From Nannocystis bainbridge (GTDB taxonomy: Bacteria; Myxococcota_A; Polyangia; Nannocystales; Nannocystaceae), in NCBI RefSeq assembly GCF_028368995.1, contig NZ_JAQNDL010000001.1, positions 32,001-96,000 on the forward strand: a DNA stretch of 64,000 nucleotides, read 5' to 3'. Positions 1-8,340 of the stretch are shown here, piece by piece. Within the stretch, counting starts at the first letter, position 1; every line of letters starts with the position of its first letter. The position numbers were made by a program, and so were the translations under genes. The notes below the pieces were generated by a model. The model did not search any database and was not told the DNA's origin. It was given only the letters and a program-made list of their open reading frames with translations.

Positions 1-1069
1 TCACCGTGGCTGTCCCGAAGTACAGGTTCATCAGCCACCCGCCGACCAGCCCCATGTCGTGGTAGAGCGGCAGCCAGCTGATCATCACGTCGCCGGCCCG
101 CAGCCCGCAGCCCTCGGCCGCCGCGCGGATGTTGGCGAGCACGTTGGCGTGCGTCAGCTCGACGCCCTTGGGGTCGCCGGTGCTGCCCGACGTGTACTGC
201 AGCAGCGCCGTGTCCTCGCCGCGCAAGTCGGCCGCCACCGCCGTGTCGAGGCTGGCGTCGGCCAGCGCCTCGTCGACGTCGACCACCTGCCCGAGCGCCG
301 GCACCTGATCGCGCACCAGCTCGGCGACCCGGGCCGCGCGCGCGAACGTGATCAGCACCTCGGCCTCGGCGTTGGCCAGGATCTGCGCCTCGCGCTGGAT
401 GTACTCGGCGATCCGGTCGAGGCGGAACGGCGGGTACAGCGGCACCGGCACCCCGCCGGCCAGCTGCGCGCCCATGAACGCCGCGAAGTACCCGCGCGAC
501 GTCGGCAGCATGATCGCCACCTTGGCGCCCGGCTTCAGCCCGCGCCGCCGCAGCGCCGCCGCCACCCGCCCGGCGTCGCGCCGCAGCGCCCCGTACGTGA
601 TCGCCTCCTCGCGCCCGTCCTCGCGCAGCAGCATGACGTGGACCCGCCCCGGCGTGCGCCCGGCGTGGTACTCGAGCGCCTCGATCAGCGTCTGCGCGGC
701 GGTCGGCGCCGGCGACGGCGGCTCTGTCGGCAAGGACATGTCCTCGGAGACATGTGCTTTCGGACCTGCGCTCACGGACATGTCCGCAGCGCCATCCCCG
801 CGCGCCTGCCGGGCCAGCGCCACCAGCTGACGCGGGGTGTCGGCGACGCTGAGCGCCTCCTCCGGGAACACGACCCCGAGGCGGGCCTCGAGCCGGCCGA
901 GCAGCTCGACGCGCTCGAGGCTGCCGAGGCCGAGCTCGCGCTCGAGCGAGGCGTCGAGGTTGAGGTGGCCGAGGCCGCGTCCGTCGCCGACGGCGGAGAT
1001 GAGCTCGCCGACGACGGCGAGGACCGTGGCCTCCTCGATCGGGCCCGGAGCGGAGGGCGTGCCTGACAT
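1..1069 (-). CDS. ACP-fatty acyl-AMP ligase (FAAL) fusion; N-terminal part only, runs off the left edge
   Basis: Own translation from ATG at 1069: N-terminal carrier-like segment (LDASLERELGLGSLERVELLGRLE), then adenylation motifs LLQYTSGSTGDPKGV and the FAAL-typical SWLPLYHDMGL. Not in the ORF track because it is truncated. Confidence 0.88.
   Translation of the reverse strand, partial: MSGTPSAPGPIEEATVLAVVGELISAVGDGRGLGHLNLDASLERELGLGSLERVELLGRLEARLGVVFPEEALSVADTPRQLVALARQARGDGAADMSVSAGPKAHVSEDMSLPTEPPSPAPTAAQTLIEALEYHAGRTPGRVHVMLLREDGREEAITYGALRRDAGRVAAALRRRGLKPGAKVAIMLPTSRGYFAAFMGAQLAGGVPVPLYPPFRLDRIAEYIQREAQILANAEAEVLITFARAARVAELVRDQVPALGQVVDVDEALADASLDTAVAADLRGEDTALLQYTSGSTGDPKGVELTHANVLANIRAAAEGCGLRAGDVMISWLPLYHDMGLVGGWLMNLYFGTATV
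725..794. repeat. 14-bp palindromic-unit array (5 units), in frame in the ACP-FAAL linker
   Basis: TGTCGgcaaGGACA TGTCCtcggAGACA TGTGCtttcGGACC TGCGCtcacGGACA TGTCCgcagCGCCA, exact 14-bp phase. Confidence 0.85.
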
Positions 1070-1148
1070 GCGCGGGACGATACCCGATCCGCGGCGCCCC
1101 GCCGTCACGCCCGCGGCGGGCCCAAGCGCACGCGCGGGCGGCCGCGGC

Positions 1149-2612
1149 TCACTTCAGCTTGAACTCGATGCGCCGGTTCTTGGCCTTGCCGGTCTTGGAG
1201 TTGTTGTCGGCGATCGGCTCGTCGGGGCCAGCGCCGCGGGTCGTGATCCGCGCGGAGTCGATCCCCTTGTCGGTCAGGTACTTCTTGACCGCGTCGGCGC
1301 GCCGCTTCGAAAGGTCGACGTTGTGGTCGCGGTCGCCGGAGCTGTCGGTGTGGCCGCTGATCTCGACCTTCACCGAGGGGAAGTCCTTCAGCACCTTGAC
1401 CGCGTTGTCGAGCGTCGCCTTCGAGGTCTTCTTGATCGAGTCCTTGTCGATGTCGAAGAAGATGCCCTTGATGACGCCGGTGAACTTGGTGACCGCGCGC
1501 GGGATTTCGTCGGCGCAGCCGTCCTCGTCCTGATAGTTGTTGCGGGTCTCGGGCACGGTCGGGCACTTGTCGACGCGGTCGGGGATCCCGTCCTTGTCCT
1601 TGTCGGGCAGCGGGCAGCCGTCGGGCGCGATGCCCTTGTCGTCGGGGCACTTGTCCTTGCTGTCGACGAAGCCGTCGCCGTCGCGGTCCTTCTCCGGGCA
1701 GCCGTCGGGGGCGATGCCCCGCTCCTGCGGGCAGGCGTCGACCGAGTCGAGGAACCCGTCGCCGTCGGCGTCGCCCTCGCCCGGCTCCGGGCAGCCGTCG
1801 GGCGCCACGCCCGGGACCGTCACGCACCTGTCGACCGAGTCCTTGAAGCCGTCGCCGTCGCTGTCCGGATCGTCCCTGGTGACCGGCTGCTTCTTGCGCA
1901 GCACGAACGACAGCCCGAGCAGCACCTCGATGTGGTGCGTGCGGCCGCCGTCGATCCCGTACTGCGCGGACGCGTTGTCGCGGACATCGAGGCGCAGCGC
2001 CAGGTAGTTGTTGATGTAGAACTTCACGCCGCCGCCGAAGTGGATCGCCGGGTCGACGTCGCCCCCGAGCGCCGACGTGCCGAGCAGCCCGGGCCCGATC
2101 AGCACGAACGGCGAGATCCGGTACGGCAGCTGGGCCAGCACGTACCCACGGAACCCGCCGAGCACCGCGCCCTTGCCGTCGTTCTCGGTCTTCGTCGGCA
2201 TGATCGCGCCCTCGAGCTCGAGCCCGAGGAACGACAGCGGATAGAAGCCCGCCCGCAGGCCGATGTCCGGCGCGACCTTCTTGTACGGCTGCCAGTTGAT
2301 CGGGTCGCCCGGCTGCGGCGGCAGGTACAGCTCGTGATCGCGGGCCGGGAACATCAGGCCGGCGAAGATCCCGAACTCGCCCGACATCGCCGTCGGTCGG
2401 TAGCGCTTGATCCACGGCACCCCGCTGCGATCCTTCGCCTTCTTCGCCCGCTTCGGCTTCCCGCCCGCCGCGTCGCCCGAGGCCTCGGCGCCGGCTGGCG
2501 ACAGCGACACCGAGCCGCCCGCCTGCGGCCCCTCGGGTTCCTGCGCCGCCGCCGACAGCGACAGCGACGATACGACCACAGCAGCGGCGACGGGGAGCAA
2601 GAACTTGGACAT
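1149..2612 (-). CDS. OmpA-family outer-membrane protein with beta-barrel, thrombospondin-type-3 (DxDxDG) repeats and C-terminal OmpA peptidoglycan-binding domain
   Basis: Signal peptide; DSDGDG/DADGDG/DRDGDG/DKDKDG..D.CP repeats; ISGHTDS...NVDLSKRRA...NRRIEF. Confidence 0.93.
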   Translation of the reverse strand: MSKFLLPVAAAVVVSSLSLSAAAQEPEGPQAGGSVSLSPAGAEASGDAAGGKPKRAKKAKDRSGVPWIKRYRPTAMSGEFGIFAGLMFPARDHELYLPPQPGDPINWQPYKKVAPDIGLRAGFYPLSFLGLELEGAIMPTKTENDGKGAVLGGFRGYVLAQLPYRISPFVLIGPGLLGTSALGGDVDPAIHFGGGVKFYINNYLALRLDVRDNASAQYGIDGGRTHHIEVLLGLSFVLRKKQPVTRDDPDSDGDGFKDSVDRCVTVPGVAPDGCPEPGEGDADGDGFLDSVDACPQERGIAPDGCPEKDRDGDGFVDSKDKCPDDKGIAPDGCPLPDKDKDGIPDRVDKCPTVPETRNNYQDEDGCADEIPRAVTKFTGVIKGIFFDIDKDSIKKTSKATLDNAVKVLKDFPSVKVEISGHTDSSGDRDHNVDLSKRRADAVKKYLTDKGIDSARITTRGAGPDEPIADNNSKTGKAKNRRIEFKLK

Positions 2613-2817
2613 GGCGACCTCGTGGGGGGAGGCGCCGCGCCGGCGGTGCGCGGCAAAATCCCTTGTACATGCGTCCGTCCACGTTGCCTAGGTCGCGCCA
2701 GCCCCCCGTGCGACCGCGAAGCGCCAGGCGACGCCCGACCCGCCTGGTCATGAGGACAGGTGAGGACGGCCGCTCCGGGGCGCGCGCCCGCGCTCCTGTG
2801 GTACGGTCCCGCGCGCC

Positions 2818-3174
2818 ATGACGGCCGTCCTCTTCGCCCATCCTCGCTGCGACACCTGCCGCAACGCGCGGCGCTGGCTCGACGCCCACCACGTCGCCTA
2901 CGACGTCGTCGACCTCACCGTCCGCGCGCCGACCCTCGCCGAGCTGCGCGCGATCCAGCAGAACTCCGGTCAGCCCGCGCGCAAGCTGTTCAACACCTCC
3001 GGTCAGTCCTACCGGAACGGCGGCTTCGCCGACAAGCTCAAGGCCATGGACGACGACGCCATGCTCGCCGCCCTCGCGGCCGACGGTCTGCTCGTCAAGC
3101 GCCCGATCTTCACGCGCGGCGACCTGGCTCTGGTCGGCTTCGCTGCGGACGCCTACGCGCGCGCGCTCGCCTGA
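2818..3174 (+). CDS. ArsC/Spx/YffB-family thioredoxin-fold protein
   Basis: CDTCRNARRWL, LFNTSGQSYR and LVKRP motifs. Confidence 0.9.
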   Translation: MTAVLFAHPRCDTCRNARRWLDAHHVAYDVVDLTVRAPTLAELRAIQQNSGQPARKLFNTSGQSYRNGGFADKLKAMDDDAMLAALAADGLLVKRPIFTRGDLALVGFAADAYARALA

Positions 3175-3271
3175 CCCGCCTGTAAGCCGCCGCGAGAGGC
3201 GGTCGTTGGGGGACCACCGGCACGCACCGCGACCCTTTCGGTCGCGACGCCGCGGCCCACAGGTTTTTGCC

Positions 3272-3865
3272 ATGACCGCCCTCGCCTATCCTCGCCCCGT
3301 CCGCCTGCCGGCCTCCGTCAAGCTGGCCCTCCTCGCCCTCCTCGCCGCCCTCGCCGTGATCACGCCCCGGCCCGCGCGCGCCAGTGAGGGCGAGGTCGCT
3401 ACCGACTTCAAGCGCGGTGTGTTCGCCGAGTTCGCTTGGCGCCCGGCTCTCGTGCCGCTGCGCAACGACGCCATGCCGGCCGCGCGCACCCACATGACCT
3501 TCGGCGCCCGCCTGTCGCCCGCGGTCGCGCTCGGCACCATGGCCCACGTGACGATCTACTTCGACAAGGATCAGAAGGTCGGCGCCGGCCTCGACGCGAT
3601 GCTGCAGGTCAACGTCACCCGCGGCTTCTACCTCCGCACCGGCGTCGGCGCGATCAGCCACATCCCGGTCGCCCGCGAGCTCACCGCGCGCACCCCCGGC
3701 TACGGCGGTCAGGTCGGCCTCGGTTACGCCTTCCGCCTCTCAAAGGACAAGGGCAAGGGCCCCGGCGTCGCGCTGGCGCTCGGCGCCGACTACGACCTCC
3801 GGATCCTCGCCGACAGGAGCCGCCGCGGCATCTTCGTCCTCGGCCTCTCGTTCATGTTCGGCTGA
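3272..3865 (+). CDS. Secreted protein, probable small outer-membrane beta-barrel
   Basis: Signal peptide (LALLALLAALAVITPRPARA), alternating hydrophobic strands, aromatic C-terminus; start taken at ATG 3272. Confidence 0.7.
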   Translation: MTALAYPRPVRLPASVKLALLALLAALAVITPRPARASEGEVATDFKRGVFAEFAWRPALVPLRNDAMPAARTHMTFGARLSPAVALGTMAHVTIYFDKDQKVGAGLDAMLQVNVTRGFYLRTGVGAISHIPVARELTARTPGYGGQVGLGYAFRLSKDKGKGPGVALALGADYDLRILADRSRRGIFVLGLSFMFG

Positions 3866-3875
3866 AGTTCGCAGG

Positions 3876-3903
3876 TGTCCGTTCGGACATGTCCGAACGA
3901 ACA
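3876..3903. repeat. Two 14-bp units forming a near-perfect hairpin between convergent genes
   Basis: TGTCCgttcGGACA TGTCCgaacGAACA. Confidence 0.8.
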
Positions 3904-3910
3904 CCTCGGC

Positions 3911-4525
3911 TCAGATCTGGTTCTCGAGCACGCACTCGCCCGCGACGCAGCGGGCCACCTTGGCCGTGCACTGGTCGATCGCCACGCACGGCACCTCGTC
4001 GGGTGGCACCGGGCACTGGGCCAGGCGGTCGATGCAGTCGCGGGCGATCGCCAGCTCGCGCCCGCCGAGGCTGCACGGGCAGCAGCCGCCGACCACCTTC
4101 GTGCAGTCGACGTCGTCGACGCACGCGCAGCGCGGCTCCTGCTGGCACTGACACACCTCGCAGCCGCGCTCGTCGGTCTCGAACCCGAACGGACACAGCA
4201 GCTTGCAAAGGACCGGCTGGCAGCGCGACGCCGCGTCGACGCAGACCCCGCCGCCGCAGTCGAGGCTGCAGGTCGTCGCCCCTGTCTGCGGATCGCAGCT
4301 GCACAGCGACGGCACGCACTGCGGGCCCTTCTGACACACCTGTCCCTCCGGACACCCCGCCTGCACGCAGCCCGGCTGCGTGAAGCCCTCGCACGGATCG
4401 CCGGGAGCGTCCGTCTCCGCGACCGCGGGCACCACCTCCGCCGCCTGCATCGTCACGCCCAGGGGCACGATGTCGCACGCCAGCGCCGCCGCCGACAGGA
4501 CCACCGACAATGGCAAAGCTCGCAT
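3911..4525 (-). CDS. Cys-rich lipoprotein with antistasin-like/pacifastin-like modules
   Basis: Lipobox ALAC; CKLLCPFGFETDERGCEVCQC resembles the antistasin repeat; paralog of 4827-5699. Confidence 0.75.
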   Translation of the reverse strand: MRALPLSVVLSAAALACDIVPLGVTMQAAEVVPAVAETDAPGDPCEGFTQPGCVQAGCPEGQVCQKGPQCVPSLCSCDPQTGATTCSLDCGGGVCVDAASRCQPVLCKLLCPFGFETDERGCEVCQCQQEPRCACVDDVDCTKVVGGCCPCSLGGRELAIARDCIDRLAQCPVPPDEVPCVAIDQCTAKVARCVAGECVLENQI

Positions 4526-4690
4526 GATCGGACTCCTCGCCCCGCAGCGTGGTCCGGCCCCTCGCCCCCGCAAGCCCGCGAGCCGCCCGCCGCCCGCCGC
4601 CGCGGTGCCGCCCACGCGCCTCCGCTCGGGCTGCTGCTCGCTCGCGGCGCCGCGGCTCCGGCGGCCCGCCCGCTCCGGCGGCCGCGTCTG

Positions 4691-4760
4691 CTGCCTCAGG
4701 GACATGTCGTCGAGAACATGACCCCCAGGACATGCCCATCTCGACATGTCCTCGGATCAG
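4691..4760. repeat. 14-bp palindromic-unit array (about 5 units), intergenic
   Basis: ..GGACA TGTCGtcgaGAACA TGACCcccaGGACA TGCCCatctCGACA TGTCC.. Confidence 0.82.
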
Positions 4761-4826
4761 GCCCTCGAAGCCATCACGGGAGGCGCGACGCGCGGCGGGG
4801 AGCCGCCGCGGCCCCGCCCGCGCCGC

Positions 4827-5699
4827 TCACTGCAGCACGCACTGCCCCTGCACGCACGCCGCCTTCGCGTCGGTGCACAGGTAGACCGCCGGGCACGCCA
4901 CCTGGTCGGGCGGCAGCGGGCACGGCTCGAGCTGATCGGCGCAGGCCGCGGCGACCGCCACCTCGCCTCCGCCCATGTTGCACGAGCAGCAGCCCGGGCT
5001 CGCCTTGACGCAGTCGGCGTCGACCTGGCAGCCGCACGCCGGCGGCTCGTTGCACGCGCAGACCTCACAGCCCTGCTCGTCCTGCTTGAACCCGAACTCG
5101 CAGAACAGGTTGCACACGACGGGGTTGCACACTGCCCCCTCGACGCACGTACCGCCGCCGCAATCGGGGGTGCACACGATCTGCTGCGACGCCTCGTCGC
5201 ACAGGCAGGCCGACGGCACGCACTCGATCTCGAAGTTGCACATCTGGCCGTCGGGACAGCCCTTGTCGAGGCAGCCCGGCGGCTCGAAGCCGTCGCAGAC
5301 GTTGCCGCCGGTGCTGGTCTCGCCGGTGGTCGTCGTCTCCCCGGTCGTCGTCGTCGTCTCCCCGGTCGTCGTCGTCGTCTCGCCGGTCGTGCCCGTCGTC
5401 GTCGTCTCGCCCGTGGTCGTGGTCGTCGTGCTCGTGGTCTCGCCGCCGGTCTGCGGACCGCTGGTCGAGGTGCTCTCGGTCTCGCCGCCGGTGGCCCCGC
5501 CCTCGGTCGGTCCGCCGGTCCCGGTGGTCGCCGCGCTACCCGAACCGGTGTCGGCGGTCGCCTCGCTGCTCGCGGTGCTCTCGCCGGTCTCGCCGGCCTC
5601 GGTGCTCCCGCCGGACTGGCCACACCCCATCACCAGCGCCAGCGCGGCCCCACTCGCTGCGCGCGCCCATGCTTGCTGCATCGTCATCATCATCGTCAT
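4827..5699 (-). CDS. Cys-rich lipoprotein with Thr/Gly/Glu-rich linker and antistasin-like module
   Basis: Lipobox LVMGC; (TTGETTT)n linker; CNLFCEFGFKQDEQGCEVCAC; start could be any ATG from 5681 to 5699. Confidence 0.78.
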   Translation of the reverse strand: MTMMMTMQQAWARAASGAALALVMGCGQSGGSTEAGETGESTASSEATADTGSGSAATTGTGGPTEGGATGGETESTSTSGPQTGGETTSTTTTTTGETTTTGTTGETTTTTGETTTTTGETTTTGETSTGGNVCDGFEPPGCLDKGCPDGQMCNFEIECVPSACLCDEASQQIVCTPDCGGGTCVEGAVCNPVVCNLFCEFGFKQDEQGCEVCACNEPPACGCQVDADCVKASPGCCSCNMGGGEVAVAAACADQLEPCPLPPDQVACPAVYLCTDAKAACVQGQCVLQ

Positions 5700-5823
5700 C
5701 GCTAACTAAGCTCCTTCGTCGCGGGCATAGCCGACCCTCGCGGGCCCGACAAGCGACGCAGGACGCCGCTCGCCGCCTCGCGCTGGCCTTTGCAGCCACG
5801 CGCCGCGCTTCCCCCTTTTTAAA

Positions 5824-6846
5824 TTAAACCCGCACCACGGCGCAGGGCGGCGGCGCGCCCGGCAGTTGCAGGCAATAGGCAACGAAAGCCGCGAATACCG
5901 GACGCGGCGGCCCCTCGGTCGGCAGCGCGTGAAGGTGCAGCGCCGGCACCACGTTGACCTCGAGCAGCAGCGCTGCGCCCGCGCTCGCGGCCGTCGGCTG
6001 CGTGAACGCGGCCATCGGCCCGCGCAGGTCGACCCCGCCGACATCGACCCCCAGCAGATCGCACGCCGACGCCGCGACCGCCAGCCACTCCGGATGCACG
6101 ACCTCGGTCCGATCGATCACCTCGAGCTCCTCGCCCGTGATCTCGACCTCGCGCTCGCCCGGGATCGCCGCCTCGAGATCGAGCCCATAGACCTCGAGGT
6201 GCCCCTCGAGATCTTCCTCCGCCTCGATCTGGTCCATCGAGCGCAGGCTCGGCGCCGTCCACGTCCCGCGCCGCGGGTCGCGGTTCAGCGCCGCCACCTG
6301 CGCCTCGGCGCTGCGGCCGGTCGCGAGCTTCGGCCGCACCACCTCGACCGCCGCGCTCGCTCGCCCGCCGATCACCGCCACCCGCAGGTTGGTGCCGGCG
6401 ATGAACGGCTCGACCAGCACCTCCTCGTCGAGGTCGATCGCGCGGGCCCGGTCGCGCGCGCGGATCAGCGTCGCCAGGTCGCGCACGTCGGTCGCCACCC
6501 CGACCCCGCGGTTGCCCCAATTCGGCTTGACCACCAGCCGCCCGTGACGCGCCAGCAGCTCCCGGACCGCCGGCCCGTGGATGTCGCCGGCCTCGTCGAC
6601 CAGCACCCCCGCGGCGCACGGCAGCCCGCGCGCCCGCAGCAGCTCGCGGCTCAGGTGCTTGTTGTTGGCCAGCCCCTGGGCCACCTGTGTCAGGAACGGC
6701 GAGCGGGTCTTGCTGACGACCGCCGTCCGCTCGCCGTGCGTCAGGCGCATGAAGTAGTCGGTGTGCTCGCGCCCGAGCGGCTCGGCGCGGGCCCCGAGCT
6801 CCGCCGCGGCCGCCGCGATCAGCTGGTTCGTCCGGCTCCAGACCAT
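5824..6846 (-). CDS. Stand-alone ATP-grasp ligase (similar to the cyanophycin synthetase/GshAB ATP-grasp domain)
   Basis: NKHLSRELL, LVVKPNWGNRGVGV, VLVEPFIAG, GGVDL, LLEVNVVP. Confidence 0.85.
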   Translation of the reverse strand: MVWSRTNQLIAAAAAELGARAEPLGREHTDYFMRLTHGERTAVVSKTRSPFLTQVAQGLANNKHLSRELLRARGLPCAAGVLVDEAGDIHGPAVRELLARHGRLVVKPNWGNRGVGVATDVRDLATLIRARDRARAIDLDEEVLVEPFIAGTNLRVAVIGGRASAAVEVVRPKLATGRSAEAQVAALNRDPRRGTWTAPSLRSMDQIEAEEDLEGHLEVYGLDLEAAIPGEREVEITGEELEVIDRTEVVHPEWLAVAASACDLLGVDVGGVDLRGPMAAFTQPTAASAGAALLLEVNVVPALHLHALPTEGPPRPVFAAFVAYCLQLPGAPPPCAVVRV

Positions 6847-6909
6847 ACGGACATGTCCCTTCAGACCTGGCCTAATCGCCCTGTCCCTTGGAGCCTGTCG
6901 TATAGGACA
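6840..6909. repeat. 14-bp-unit array (5 units) spanning the speE stop, the intergenic gap and the ATP-grasp start
   Basis: AGACCatacGGACA TGTCCcttcAGACC TGGCCtaatCGCCC TGTCCcttgGAGCC TGTCGtataGGACA. Confidence 0.75.
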
Positions 6910-7792
6910 GCAGCGGCCCCTCGCCGGTGATCACCTCGCCCGGCTGCTCGATGCGGCGGCGCAGGATCGGCGGCAGCTCCATCGCCGCGCGGTGGCTGGT
7001 CGGCGTGTACCACTGCAGCTCGCCGAGCGCGGCGATCCGGGCCGCCAGGTCGGGCGGCTCGGCCTCGAGCGGCCGGCGCGACATCAGCGCGAAGCCCCAC
7101 AGGCAGTGGAACGACGGCACGAAGCCGTGGGCGAAGCGGACGTGGGGGAACACCGCCTGCAGCGTGCTGCGGACCGTGCGGGCCAGCTTGAGGTCGAGCG
7201 GGTCGAGCTCGCCGGCCTGCAGCACGCACACCCCGTCGTCGGCCAGCGCGCGCAGGACCAGGGCGAAGAACTGGGTCGAGAACAGCGCCGCCGACGGCCC
7301 CTCGTCGGTCGGATCGGTGACGTCGAGGACGATGACGTCGAAGCTGCCCGGCGCGGCCTGGCGCAGCGTGTCGAAGATGTCCTCGGTGCGCAGCTCGACC
7401 CGCGGATCGTCGAGGCTGCCGGCGTGCCAGCTCGGCAGGTGCTCCTTGCACAGCGCCACCACCTCCGCGTCGAGGTCGACCGACACGATCGACTCGACCG
7501 AGCGGTGGCGCAGGATCTCGCGCAGCGCCGCGCCCTCGCCGGTGCCGCCGACCAGCACCCGCCGCGGCCCGCCGTGCAGCACCAGCGCCGGGTGGATCAG
7601 CGCCTCGTGGTAGAGCGCCTCGTCGGCCTCGGCCGACTGGACCAGCCCGTCGAGGAACAGGATCCGCCCGTACGCGCTCGTGTCGGCGACGATGGCCTCC
7701 TGGTACTGCGTCTGCACGTGCGCCACCAGGCGCTCGACGCTGTAGAGGATCGACACGCCCTCGATCTCGGGCTCTTGCAGCACCAGGTGCAT
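6872..7792 (-). CDS. speE: Polyamine aminopropyltransferase (spermidine synthase family)
   Basis: TQYQEAIV, YGRILFLDGLVQS, YHEALIHP, VLVGGTGEGAALREIL, FDVIVLDVTDP; start at ATG 7792. Confidence 0.9.
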   Translation of the reverse strand: MHLVLQEPEIEGVSILYSVERLVAHVQTQYQEAIVADTSAYGRILFLDGLVQSAEADEALYHEALIHPALVLHGGPRRVLVGGTGEGAALREILRHRSVESIVSVDLDAEVVALCKEHLPSWHAGSLDDPRVELRTEDIFDTLRQAAPGSFDVIVLDVTDPTDEGPSAALFSTQFFALVLRALADDGVCVLQAGELDPLDLKLARTVRSTLQAVFPHVRFAHGFVPSFHCLWGFALMSRRPLEAEPPDLAARIAALGELQWYTPTSHRAAMELPPILRRRIEQPGEVITGEGPLLSYTTGSKGQGD

Positions 7793-7809
7793 CGCGTCTG
7801 TCCTTTCGC

Positions 7810-8292
7810 TCAGCCGCGCGGGCGGCGGCGGCTGACGATCATACCCAGACCGGTGGCGACCAGGCCGAGCATCCCGAGGCCCGCGGCCAGCGCGATCGCC
7901 TGCCCCGGCAGACCGATGATCTCGCCGGTGTGCAGCTTGAACAGCAGCCGCGTCAGCCCGCCCGCGGTGCGCCGGCGCTCGATCAGGGCCCCGTCGCCGG
8001 CGAAGTACAGCACCGTCTCCGCGTCGTCGTCGACCCAGAACACCCACGGGTCGTCGGGCTCGGTGGCCAGGGCGATGTCGGTGATCGCCTCGTCGCCGGC
8101 CTCGCGCTGGGCGCGCGCGAGCAGCTCCATCAATGGCAGCGGCTGCTCGACCACCGGCGCGCTCGGGGCCGGCGTCTTCATGCAGCCGCGGAACACCAGG
8201 ATCGCCCCCGTCAACGCGATCACCGCGAACACCGCCGACAGCGTCGCGCCGACCGCCTGGTGCCACTTGAAGAGGCTGCGTCGCATGCTCAT
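7810..8292 (-). CDS. PepSY-associated TM-helix protein (iron-uptake type)
   Basis: FKWHQAVG...ALTGAIL and LFKLHTG...VATGL histidine-TM pattern. Confidence 0.85.
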   Translation of the reverse strand: MSMRRSLFKWHQAVGATLSAVFAVIALTGAILVFRGCMKTPAPSAPVVEQPLPLMELLARAQREAGDEAITDIALATEPDDPWVFWVDDDAETVLYFAGDGALIERRRTAGGLTRLLFKLHTGEIIGLPGQAIALAAGLGMLGLVATGLGMIVSRRRPRG

Positions 8293-8340
8293 GAAGACAT
8301 GCTCCTTCGGACATGCTCTTTAAACCATGTCCTCACATCA
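8286..8340. repeat. 14-bp-unit array (3-4 units) at the TBDR-PepSY junction
   Basis: TGCTCatgaAGACA TGCTCcttcGGACA TGCTCtttaAACCA TGTCC. Confidence 0.78.

Noticed and set aside
734-743. Identity of GGACATGTCC with the eukaryotic p53 half-site
   Set aside because: Treated as coincidence: the context is bacterial and solo sites show that the unit is TGNCC-N4-GGNCA.
5330-5440. (GTC)n/TTGETTT low-complexity tract as a DNA repeat element
   Set aside because: It is an ordinary Thr-rich lipoprotein linker typical of this kind of genome.
5824-6846. Cyanophycin synthetase call
   Set aside because: Only the ATP-grasp domain is present (340 aa); there is no Mur-ligase domain and no cyanophycinase nearby.
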